Positions 29,585 through 38,337 of a stretch of 64,000 nt of DNA are shown here, one piece after another (within the stretch, counting starts at the first letter, position 1; the number at the start of each line of letters is the position of its first letter). This DNA is from Paracoccaceae bacterium (GTDB lineage: Bacteria > Pseudomonadota > Alphaproteobacteria > Rhodobacterales > Rhodobacteraceae), in assembly GCA_031415015.1 (NCBI GenBank), contig JANOQT010000090.1, positions 30,688 to 94,687 of the forward strand. The letters run 5' to 3'. The position numbers and the translations under genes are program-made. A model generated the notes under the pieces. That model was not told the origin of the DNA. It was given only the letters and a program-made list of their open reading frames with translations, and ran no database searches.

Positions 29585-31345
29585 ATGACCGTTGCAGACA
29601 CGACCGACCTAAACGACCCCGCAAAGGGATGGCCCTGGCGCGTAAAGCTTGCCGTGGCCCTTCTTCTGGTATTGGCGGCGGCAATTGTCTTTGTCTCGAA
29701 CCGGTTGCTGACCGACCGTTACGCCGCCGACACGCGGAACCGGGCCGAAGTTCGCCTGGCGCTGTACACCGGCAACATGATGTCGGAACTTCAGCGCACG
29801 TCGGTCGTGCCGCTGCTTCTGGCGCGCGACCCCGAACTGGTGCGGGCCCTGCTGGACGCCAATTTCTCCAGCACCTCCGGCAAACTGATCGCGCTGCAGG
29901 CCGAAATCGGCGTGGCCTCGATCCGGCTGGTTGACATGGACGGGCGGGTTGTGGGGGCCACAAACCGCAATGTGCTGGGCACCAGCTATAAAAACGAGAT
30001 GTACTTCGTGGATGCCCAGCGCACCAACGAGACCATCTTCACCGCCGTAAAACGCGACGCCGGGGGGTTTGATTTCACCTACTCGCGCGCGGTGATGGCA
30101 GATGCCAAACCGGTGGGCGTGATCGTCGTTTCGGTCGATCTGATGAAATACGAACGCGCCTGGGCGGGCCTGCAGGACGCGGTTCTGGTGACCGACAGCG
30201 AAGGCGTCGTCGTGCTGGCAACCGAACCGCGCTGGCGTGGCTTGCCGATGGATGCTGCCCTTGCTTTGCGGGATCCGCCGTCTGCCATCGCGCGCGCGCT
30301 GCAAGCCACCGCCGATTGGGCGCAGGAACCGCCCGACGCCTATGTGCGGGGCGAAGCGGTGATGAAGACCGAGGCGCGGGTGCCGTTCCGGGGCTGGCGG
30401 ATACTGACCTTCACCGCCTACGGATCGGTGCGCGAACAGGTCAACGGCATCCTGGCGCTGGAGATCATGGGCTTCGCGATCCTGATGGCCTTCACCTTCT
30501 ACATGTTGTCGCGGCGGGCCTGGTCACAGTCCCTGTCGTTCCAGCGCGAATCGGCAGAACTGCGCATGCTGAACGCGCGGCTGCAGCGCGAGATCGCTGA
30601 ACGCGAGAAGGTCCAGAAAGACCTTGAGGTGGCCGAACTCACGCTGGCCCAATCCTCCAAACTGGCGGCCCTGGGCGAGATGTCTGCGGCGGTCAGCCAT
30701 GAGTTGAACCAGCCCCTCGCCGCAATGAAGACCTACCTCGCCGGGGCGCGCCTGCTGCTGCAACGCAAGCGGCTGGATGAGGCTCTGTCCAGTTTTCAGC
30801 GCATTGACGATCTGATCGAACGGATGGGCGCGATCACCCGGCAGTTGAAGTCTTACGCGAGGAAGGGCGGCGAAGCCTTTGAAGCGGTTGATCTTCGGGC
30901 GTGCGTGTCCTCGGCGCTGTCAATGATGGAGCCGCAGTTGAAAGCCCGTATAGTCAAGATCACCCGTGGCTTGCCGCGTCAGGCGGTCATGGTGATGGCG
31001 GACCGGCTCAGGCTGGAACAGGTGATCATCAACCTTTTGCGCAACGCGCTGGATGCGACCAGGGACGTTGAAACCCCGCAGATCGACATCCTGTTGTCGG
31101 CGGGCGAAACCGCGACGCTGATGGTGCGCGACAACGGGCACGGGATCACCGATCTCGATAACCTGTTCGAGCCCTTCTACACGACAAAGAAACCGGGCGA
31201 AGGCGTGGGCCTTGGTCTTGCGATCTCCAGCGGGATCGTGACGGACCTTGGCGGTCGCCTGACCGCCCGGAACGGCGAGGGCGGCGGGGCCGTCTTCGAG
31301 GTACAATTGCCGATCCTCGGCAAGCAACAAGAAGCAGCGGAGTGA
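29585..31345 (+). CDS. DctB-like sensor histidine kinase (large periplasmic domain between two TMs)
   Basis: TM, then about 270-aa periplasmic region, then TM. H-box 'SHELNQPLAAM', N/G boxes 'NLLRNALDA' and 'GEGVGLGLAIS'. Confidence 0.8.
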   Translation: MTVADTTDLNDPAKGWPWRVKLAVALLLVLAAAIVFVSNRLLTDRYAADTRNRAEVRLALYTGNMMSELQRTSVVPLLLARDPELVRALLDANFSSTSGKLIALQAEIGVASIRLVDMDGRVVGATNRNVLGTSYKNEMYFVDAQRTNETIFTAVKRDAGGFDFTYSRAVMADAKPVGVIVVSVDLMKYERAWAGLQDAVLVTDSEGVVVLATEPRWRGLPMDAALALRDPPSAIARALQATADWAQEPPDAYVRGEAVMKTEARVPFRGWRILTFTAYGSVREQVNGILALEIMGFAILMAFTFYMLSRRAWSQSLSFQRESAELRMLNARLQREIAEREKVQKDLEVAELTLAQSSKLAALGEMSAAVSHELNQPLAAMKTYLAGARLLLQRKRLDEALSSFQRIDDLIERMGAITRQLKSYARKGGEAFEAVDLRACVSSALSMMEPQLKARIVKITRGLPRQAVMVMADRLRLEQVIINLLRNALDATRDVETPQIDILLSAGETATLMVRDNGHGITDLDNLFEPFYTTKKPGEGVGLGLAISSGIVTDLGGRLTARNGEGGGAVFEVQLPILGKQQEAAE

Positions 31346-31352
31346 AAAGCTG

Positions 31353-32681
31353 ATGGCACGGGCAATGAAAGTCGCAATCGTCGACGACGAGGCAGACATG
31401 CGGCAATCGATCAGCCAGTGGCTGGCGCTGTCGGGATTCGACACCGAAACTTACGCCAGCGCCGAAGACGCGCTGAAGGTGATCGGACCAGAGTTTCAGG
31501 GCGTCGTGGTCAGCGACATCAAGATGCCCGGCATGGACGGCATGGCCTTCCTGAAGCGACTGATGGGGCAGGATTCTGGCCTGCCGGTGATCATGATCAC
31601 CGGCCACGGCGACGTGCCGATGGCGGTGGAGGCGATGCGCGTCGGCGCGTTCGACTTTCTGGAAAAGCCGTTCAACCCCGACCGGATGACCGAACTGGCC
31701 AAACGCGCCACGCAGGCGCGGCGGATGACGCTGGACAACCGGGCCTTGCGCAAGGAACTGTCCGACGGCACGACGATCATGAAGAAACTGATCGGGTCAT
31801 CCCCGGCGATGGAACGGCTGCGCGAGGATATCCTTGATCTGGGGCAAGCCGACAGCCACGTCCTGATCGACGGTGAAACCGGCACTGGCAAGACCCTCGT
31901 CGCGCATGCCCTGCATGCCGTCGGGCCGCGCGCGTCCAAGAAGTTCGTCACCATTTCCTGCGCTGCCTGGGGTGAGGATCAGCTCGCCGCCCGGCTGTTC
32001 GGCCCGGCAGACGATGGCACGCTGCCCTTGGTCGAAGAGGCGCGGGGCGGCACGCTGTGCCTTGAGGATATCGAGGCGCTGAGCCATTCCTTGCAGGCCC
32101 GCCTGCTGACGGTGATCAACGATCAGGGCATGCCGCCGGAAACCCGGATCATCGCAATCTGCAACCAGCACGCGCCCGATACCACGTTGGAGGCGGTGCT
32201 GCGGCCCGACCTGTTCTACCGGCTGGGGGCGATGACGATCCTGCTGCCCCCCTTGCGGTCGCGTGGCGAGGATATCCTGCAACTGTTCACCCGGATGAGC
32301 GAGCAGTTCGCCGAAGAATACGGCTGCGACGCCCCGCAGGTGACGGCGCAAGAGGCGGCTCAACTGTTGCAAGCCCCGTGGCCCGGCAACGTGCGCCAGC
32401 TGGTGAATATTGCCGAACGCGCCGTGTTGCAAAACCGGCGCGGATCGGGGTCGATTGCCAGCCTGCTGATGGCAGACAACGAAGCCTCTGGCCCGGCCCT
32501 GACCACCGAAGGCAAGCCGCTGAAAGACTATGTCGAGGCGTTCGAGCGGATGCTGATCGACAATACGATGCGGCGCCACAAGGGCTCCATCGTCGCGGTG
32601 ATGGAAGAGCTGTGCCTGCCGCGCCGCACCCTGAACGAAAAGATGGCCAAGTACGGGCTGACGCGCGGCGAATACACATGA
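31353..32681 (+). CDS. NtrC-family (DctD-like) response regulator with AAA+ domain lacking the GAFTGA loop
   Basis: Receiver ('VAIVDDE...DIKMPGMDG'), Walker A 'GETGTGKT', Walker B 'GGTLCLEDIE' and a C-terminal HTH. Between 'LFG' and 'GGTL' there are only 14 aa (PADDGTLPLVEEAR) and no GAFTGA. Confidence 0.85.
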   Translation: MARAMKVAIVDDEADMRQSISQWLALSGFDTETYASAEDALKVIGPEFQGVVVSDIKMPGMDGMAFLKRLMGQDSGLPVIMITGHGDVPMAVEAMRVGAFDFLEKPFNPDRMTELAKRATQARRMTLDNRALRKELSDGTTIMKKLIGSSPAMERLREDILDLGQADSHVLIDGETGTGKTLVAHALHAVGPRASKKFVTISCAAWGEDQLAARLFGPADDGTLPLVEEARGGTLCLEDIEALSHSLQARLLTVINDQGMPPETRIIAICNQHAPDTTLEAVLRPDLFYRLGAMTILLPPLRSRGEDILQLFTRMSEQFAEEYGCDAPQVTAQEAAQLLQAPWPGNVRQLVNIAERAVLQNRRGSGSIASLLMADNEASGPALTTEGKPLKDYVEAFERMLIDNTMRRHKGSIVAVMEELCLPRRTLNEKMAKYGLTRGEYT

Positions 32682-33151
32682 TTGCAAGGGCTTGCGAGGC
32701 GCGGCTTGACCTTGCCGTCACGCTGCGCGTCGCCAGCCCATGCGTTGGATTGTAACCATCCGGTGAAATTGGTCATTGCCCTGACACCGGCTTTGCCGCT
32801 AGTGTCCCCAGACGCGGAGGTTGTGCCTTTGCGGAAGAATTCTCTGTGATGCAGGACCAAGGCCCGATGTGTGCCGCCTGTATCGTAGTCGGATCGGCCG
32901 AAAGGCTAGAAATTTCCCGCCAAGTCATTGACGATGCGGGATTTATTAGGCGGGTGGCTGCAAGGTTGCCCTGACGTGAACCGCGATGATGCGAGCGACA
33001 TCGGCAAAAGACGGCGAGGGGTGCCCACCGGGCACGGCCCGCCCATTTGCGTTGCGCGCGTCCGCCCGAACAAGCCGCCCTTTCCCTGTTGATCATCCAC
33101 CGGGGGCCTCTCCCGGCGGTGCCATTGGCAGGCCGGGCGCATTGGAACAAA
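32682..33151 (+). promoter_or_regulatory. long non-coding leader/promoter region upstream of rne
   Basis: About 470 nt without a credible ORF precede the rne ATG. By analogy, RNase E genes commonly have long autoregulated 5' UTRs. No specific motif recognised. Confidence 0.3.
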
Positions 33152-35863
33152 ATGGCCAAAAAGATGCTGATCGACGCCACCCATGCCGAGGAAACTCGCG
33201 TTGTGGTGGTAGACGGAAACAAGGTTGAAGAGTTCGACTTCGAGACCGTCAACAAACGCCAACTTGCTGGAAACATCTATCTCGCCAAAGTGACCCGGGT
33301 GGAGCCTTCGCTTCAGGCGGCCTTTGTAGAATATGGCGGCAACCGGCACGGGTTTCTGGCTTTCGCCGAAATCCACCCCGACTATTACCAGATCCCCGTC
33401 GCGGACCGCAAAGCCCTGATCGAGGAAGAGCGCGCCATGGCGCGCGCCGAAGAAGAAGAAGACAACCACCGCACCCGCCGCCGCACGCCGCGCCCGCAGG
33501 TCCAGGCCGAAGCGGTGAAATCGGATGACGCTGTGGCCGAAGGGCCAAGCGGCATGGATGTTGTCGATCTTGGCGAGGAGGATGGTCAGGGTACGCTGGT
33601 CGATGCCACCGCTGCGCACGATCACGCTCATGACCACGGCAACGGCCACGCGACCGACGAAAATGGCGCGACCGAAACCCCCTACCGCGCGATGGACCAC
33701 GCCAGCGAGACCGATGACGAGATTGAATCGGTTGCCGACGAGGACGTGTCCGAGGAAATCAACGCCCCGCGCCGTCCGCGCGCCCGGCGCTACAAGATCC
33801 AGGAAGTGGTCAAGGTCCGCCAGATCATGCTGGTGCAGGTGGTCAAAGAAGAACGCGGCAACAAGGGGGCCGCGCTGACGACCTATCTCAGCCTCGCCGG
33901 TCGCTATTGCGTGCTGATGCCCAATACCGCGCGCGGCGGCGGGATTTCCCGCAAGATCACCATCGCTGCCGACCGCAAGAAGCTGAAGGAAATCGCGCAA
34001 GAGATCGAACTGCCGGACGGCGCCGGTCTGATCATCCGCACGGCAGGGGCCAAACGCACCAAGCCGGAAATCAAGCGCGACTACGAATATCTGATGCGCC
34101 TGTGGGAACAGATCCGCGAACTGACGCTGAAATCAATCGCTCCGGCGGCGATCTATGAGGAAGGCAACCTGATCAAACGCTCGATCCGCGATCTTTACAG
34201 CCGCGAGATCGACGAAGTGTTGGTCGAAGGCGAGGCGGGCTACCGCACCGCCAAGGATTTCATGCGCATGATCATGCCAAGCCACGCCAAACAGGTGGTG
34301 CGCTATCAGGATCCGGTGCCGCTGTTCGCCAAGTTCCAGGTCGAAAGCTACCTCGGCGGCATGTTCAACCCGGTGGTGCAGCTGAAATCCGGCGGCTACA
34401 TCGTGATCGGCATCACCGAGGCGCTGGTGGCCATCGACGTGAACTCCGGTCGGGCCACCAAGGAAGGCTCGATCGAGGAAACGGCGCTGAAGACCAACCT
34501 TGAGGCGTCCGACGAGGTGGCCCGCCAGCTGCGGCTGCGCGATCTGGCCGGTCTGATCGTCATCGACTACATCGACATGGAAGAGCGCAAGAACAACGCC
34601 GCCGTCGAAAAGCGCCTGAAGGACAAGCTGAAAACCGACCGCGCCCGCATTCAGGTCGGCCGGATTTCCGGTTTCGGCCTGATGGAGATGAGCCGTCAGC
34701 GGTTGCGCCCCGGTATGCTGGAAAGCACGACCCAGCCTTGCGCGCATTGCCACGGCACCGGGCTGATCCGCTCGGACGACAGCATGGCGCTGCAGGTGCT
34801 GCGCGCGCTGGAGGAAGAGGGCACGCGCAAGCGCAGCAAAGAGGTGCTGCTGAAAGCGCCGATCGGCATCGTCAACTACCTGATCAACAACAAGCGCGAA
34901 CACATTGCGCTGATCGAGGCGCGCTACGGGATGTCGGTGCGCGTTGAGGCCGACCCGACGATGATCAGCCCCGATCACTCCATCGAAAAGTTCAAGACCG
35001 CGCTGCGCATCGTGCCTGATGTGGCGACCGCGATCTCGGGCAATGCCAGCCTGATGGGCGCTCCGGTCGACGAGGACGAAGATTACGTCGACGAGGTGAT
35101 GGAAGACGAAGACGTCGAAGACGTCGAAGCCGAAGCCGACGAGGATGACGCGGCAGACGCGACCGAGGCCCGTCCCGGCCAGCCCGAGGATGACGCGCGC
35201 GGTGATGGCAAGAAAAAGCGCCGTCGGCGTCGGCGTCGGCGGGGTGGAGTCCGTGAAGGCGGGGTCGACGGCCCAATCGACGGCCCAATCGACGGCGCAG
35301 TCGAGGGCGAAAGCGTGGCGACCGATGCGGCACCCGATGATGCGGCAGCAGACGACGCTCCCGCAGGGGATGCGGCGAAACCGGCCCGCAAACGCGTCCG
35401 CAGACCGCGCGGCGGCAAGGCCGACATCGCACCCGCAGCGTCCGACGCTGTGACCGCGCCCGTTGCGGTGGTGGCAGAAGCAGTGGTTGCCGAAGACGTC
35501 GCCGCCGCACCCGTCGTCGAACCGGCGGCCGAGGCAAAACCTGCCCGGGGACGGCGGCCTGCAAAGGCCAAGGTCGCCGCTGAACCGGTGGTCGAGGCAG
35601 CTCAGGTTGCGGCCCCGGACGCAGGTCCGGAACCGGTCAAGAAACCGTCGCGCAGCCGCAGCGCAAAGCCGAAGGCCGAACCCGTTACCGACCTTCCGGC
35701 GCTGCAACCCGATCCCGGCCTGCAGGACGTGGCGCAGACCGTCGTGCCCGACCCGGCAGAAGCCGCGTTTGACGCAGTGCCAGAACCTGTGCCGGACCCT
35801 GCGGGTGTTACCGAAGGCCCGGCCAAGCCCCGCAAAAAGGGCTGGTGGTCGCTCGGTCGCTAA
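33152..35863 (+). CDS. rne: ribonuclease E
   Basis: 'MLIDATHAEETRVVVVDG...NIYLAKVTRVEPSLQAAFVEYG' (S1 domain), 'AIDVNSGR' and 'CAHCHGTG'. Long Arg/Asp/Ala-rich low-complexity C-terminus. ATG at 33152. Confidence 0.95.
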   Translation: MAKKMLIDATHAEETRVVVVDGNKVEEFDFETVNKRQLAGNIYLAKVTRVEPSLQAAFVEYGGNRHGFLAFAEIHPDYYQIPVADRKALIEEERAMARAEEEEDNHRTRRRTPRPQVQAEAVKSDDAVAEGPSGMDVVDLGEEDGQGTLVDATAAHDHAHDHGNGHATDENGATETPYRAMDHASETDDEIESVADEDVSEEINAPRRPRARRYKIQEVVKVRQIMLVQVVKEERGNKGAALTTYLSLAGRYCVLMPNTARGGGISRKITIAADRKKLKEIAQEIELPDGAGLIIRTAGAKRTKPEIKRDYEYLMRLWEQIRELTLKSIAPAAIYEEGNLIKRSIRDLYSREIDEVLVEGEAGYRTAKDFMRMIMPSHAKQVVRYQDPVPLFAKFQVESYLGGMFNPVVQLKSGGYIVIGITEALVAIDVNSGRATKEGSIEETALKTNLEASDEVARQLRLRDLAGLIVIDYIDMEERKNNAAVEKRLKDKLKTDRARIQVGRISGFGLMEMSRQRLRPGMLESTTQPCAHCHGTGLIRSDDSMALQVLRALEEEGTRKRSKEVLLKAPIGIVNYLINNKREHIALIEARYGMSVRVEADPTMISPDHSIEKFKTALRIVPDVATAISGNASLMGAPVDEDEDYVDEVMEDEDVEDVEAEADEDDAADATEARPGQPEDDARGDGKKKRRRRRRRRGGVREGGVDGPIDGPIDGAVEGESVATDAAPDDAAADDAPAGDAAKPARKRVRRPRGGKADIAPAASDAVTAPVAVVAEAVVAEDVAAAPVVEPAAEAKPARGRRPAKAKVAAEPVVEAAQVAAPDAGPEPVKKPSRSRSAKPKAEPVTDLPALQPDPGLQDVAQTVVPDPAEAAFDAVPEPVPDPAGVTEGPAKPRKKGWWSLGR

Positions 35864-35893
35864 GACTTTGGGGCGGTGGGGAAACCCGCCGCC

Positions 35894-36139
35894 CTAACTT
35901 TTGCAACCGATGAAATACAGGCTGACCGCCCCGTCTGTTCCCGTTTCCAGAAACTGGTGCCCGCTGGTGGCACAGAAATGGGGCAGGTCCACCGCCGCCA
36001 TCGGATCGGTTGCGCGCAGGCACAGCACCTGACCCGGCGTCATGGCCATCAGCCGTTTGCGCGCCTTCAAGACCGGCAAAGGGCAGAGCATCCCCTCACA
36101 ATCCAGCAGTTCGTCCCAATCCATCCCCAGACCTTTCAT
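35894..36139 (-). CDS. TusA/SirA-family sulfurtransferase-like protein
   Basis: 'LDCEGMLCPLPVLKARKRL' is the CPxP motif. 81 aa. Confidence 0.8.
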   Translation of the reverse strand: MKGLGMDWDELLDCEGMLCPLPVLKARKRLMAMTPGQVLCLRATDPMAAVDLPHFCATSGHQFLETGTDGAVSLYFIGCKS

Positions 36140-36279
36140 CTTGGCTCAAGTATCCCCGCCGGAGGCTCCGACGCCAGCCGAAAGCACCGGGTTCGTTACA
36201 GCCGGGCCACGGCGAAGTGACGCAACACCCCGGTGACGCGGCCCCTCAAAGCCGCTATGCCAGTGGCAGAGGAGTGCCC

Positions 36280-37038
36280 ATGTTCGGAATCGAGATTATC
36301 GACGCGGCCCTTTTGCCCGCAATGGCGGTGGCACTTGTGGCCGGCATCCTGTCATTCCTCAGCCCCTGCGTGCTGCCGATCGTGCCGCCCTATCTGGCCT
36401 ATATGGGTGGCATCAGCATGGGCGAGATGACCGGCACCGGGACCGCGCGACGCAGGGTGATCGTGCCCGCCTTGTTCTTCGTCATGGGGCTTTCGACGGT
36501 TTTCCTGATCCTGGGCTTCACTGCATCGGCGTTCGGGGCCTTCGTGCTGCAAAATCAGGACCTCCTGGCCAAGGCGTCCGGCGTGGTGGTCATCGTGTTC
36601 GGGTTGCACTTTCTGGGCGTGTTCCGCATCCCGATCCTTGACCGCGAGGCGCGGCTGGATGCGGGCGACAAGGGCGGCTCGGCCTTCGGGGCCTATGTGC
36701 TGGGCCTGGCGTTCGCCTTTGGCTGGACCCCGTGTATCGGGCCGCAACTGGGCGCGATCCTCAGCCTCGCCGCACAAGAAGGCAGCACCGAGCGGGGGAC
36801 CTTGCTGCTTGGTATCTACGCGCTGGGTCTGGGGCTGCCGTTCTTTCTGGCGGCGATTTTTGTTGAAAGATCAATGGTCTTGATGACAAAGCTGAAACGC
36901 CACATGAAGCTGATCGAACGCTGCATGGGTGTGCTGTTGCTGGTTGTCGGGCTGGCCCTCGTTTCCGGTGCCTTTACCGATTTCAGTTACTGGATGCTGG
37001 AAACCTATGATGCGCTCGGGCTGCCACTTCCCGGCTGA
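36280..37038 (+). CDS. ccdA: cytochrome c biogenesis thiol:disulfide transporter CcdA (DsbD family)
   Basis: 'LSFLSPCVLPIVPPYLAYMGG' and 'GWTPCIGPQLGAIL'. Multi-TM. ATG at 36280. Confidence 0.85.
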   Translation: MFGIEIIDAALLPAMAVALVAGILSFLSPCVLPIVPPYLAYMGGISMGEMTGTGTARRRVIVPALFFVMGLSTVFLILGFTASAFGAFVLQNQDLLAKASGVVVIVFGLHFLGVFRIPILDREARLDAGDKGGSAFGAYVLGLAFAFGWTPCIGPQLGAILSLAAQEGSTERGTLLLGIYALGLGLPFFLAAIFVERSMVLMTKLKRHMKLIERCMGVLLLVVGLALVSGAFTDFSYWMLETYDALGLPLPG

Positions 37039-37092
37039 TCCCCCTTCTATCCGGCCCGCGTCCGGTTAACATGGCCGTGACGAAAGGGCAGG

Positions 37093-38337
37093 ATGCACGT
37101 GACGGCAATGACGCAACCGGGGGCGCAGGACGGGACGGTCGCGGCGAAGGTCTTTCGCCGCAAGGTGTTTTACATTCCCGGCTACGATCCCTTTCCGCCC
37201 CGCCGCTACCGCGAGCTTTACCGTCGTGAAGGGGCAGCGCAGGCCGCGATTTCCGGATATACCCTCACCCTTCTTCCCCGCAGGCAAGGTGTTGCGGGCT
37301 GGCGCGTTGCCGCGACAATGGGCGCAGCCGCAGAGGCCGAGATCGAAGTGCTGGTCTGGTCGGACATCGTGCAAGGCTCGATGGACCGTGGGATTCCTGG
37401 CACCTACCTGCTCTTGCTCAGAACCGCCTGGGTCTATGCGGCGTCGGGGGCGCTGTGGCGGCTGATCCGCTTGCGCAAGGGGCCGATGATTGCGGCGCTG
37501 TACCCGGCGATCCTTCTTGTTGTGCAAGGGCTGGTGGCGCTGGGGGCGGGCTGGGCGGTGCTGCGGCTGACCGGACGTCTGCCATGGGGCACCGGATGGG
37601 TGGCGGCCGCGCTGGCCTTCTGGGCCATCTTGCAGCTGTTCCGCCGCATCGACCGGCGCCTGTTCGTCTATTACCTGATGCACGACTATGCCTTCACCGC
37701 CATTGAGAACGGCGCTTACCCGGCAACGCTGGAAGCGCGGCTGGGCGACTTTCGCGCCTGGATCAGGGCGGCACTCGCCACCGATGTGGACGAGGTTCTG
37801 ATCGTCGGCCACTCTTCGGGCGCGCATCTGGGCGTTTCGGTGCTGGCCGATCTGATCCGCGACGGGCTTCCCGAAACTGAAACCGGACGCAGCCCCGCCC
37901 TTGGCCTTCTGACGCTGGGTCAGGTGGTGCCCATGGTCTCTTTCCTGCCGCGCGCCGGGCGGCTGCGCGCCGATCTGGCCTGCCTGTCCACCAGCGACGC
38001 GCTGACCTGGGTCGATGTGACGGCCCCCGGCGACGGCTGCACCTTCGCGCTGTGCGATCCGGTTGCAGTGACCGGCGTGGCCCCTGCACACCAGCGCTGG
38101 CCGCTGGTGATCTCGGCAGCCTTCACCCGCACCCTCAGCCCGGAGCGATGGCGCGCCTTGCGCTGGCGGTTCTTCCGGCTGCATTTCCAGTATCTTTGTG
38201 CTTTTGATCGTCCTGGCGATTACGACTATTTCCGCATCACCGCCGGGCCGGTGACGCTGGCCGACCGCTACCGGGGACGCGCGCATTCGCAAAGCCGGAT
38301 CACCCGCCCGCTGAACCCGTACCGGAGCGTCGGATGA
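37093..38337 (+). CDS. membrane-associated protein with alpha/beta-hydrolase-like GHSSG motif; unknown function
   Basis: 414 aa. Hydrophobic block at about aa 105-185. 'VLIVGHSSGAHLGVSV' is a nucleophile-elbow-like motif. Stop overlaps the P450 start. Confidence 0.6.
   Translation: MHVTAMTQPGAQDGTVAAKVFRRKVFYIPGYDPFPPRRYRELYRREGAAQAAISGYTLTLLPRRQGVAGWRVAATMGAAAEAEIEVLVWSDIVQGSMDRGIPGTYLLLLRTAWVYAASGALWRLIRLRKGPMIAALYPAILLVVQGLVALGAGWAVLRLTGRLPWGTGWVAAALAFWAILQLFRRIDRRLFVYYLMHDYAFTAIENGAYPATLEARLGDFRAWIRAALATDVDEVLIVGHSSGAHLGVSVLADLIRDGLPETETGRSPALGLLTLGQVVPMVSFLPRAGRLRADLACLSTSDALTWVDVTAPGDGCTFALCDPVAVTGVAPAHQRWPLVISAAFTRTLSPERWRALRWRFFRLHFQYLCAFDRPGDYDYFRITAGPVTLADRYRGRAHSQSRITRPLNPYRSVG

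Noticed and set aside
34133-35707. 524-aa minus-strand ORF (and other R-rich ORFs) opposite rne
   Set aside because: Antisense to RNase E. The composition is dominated by Arg, Gly and Ala from the GC-rich low-complexity tail.
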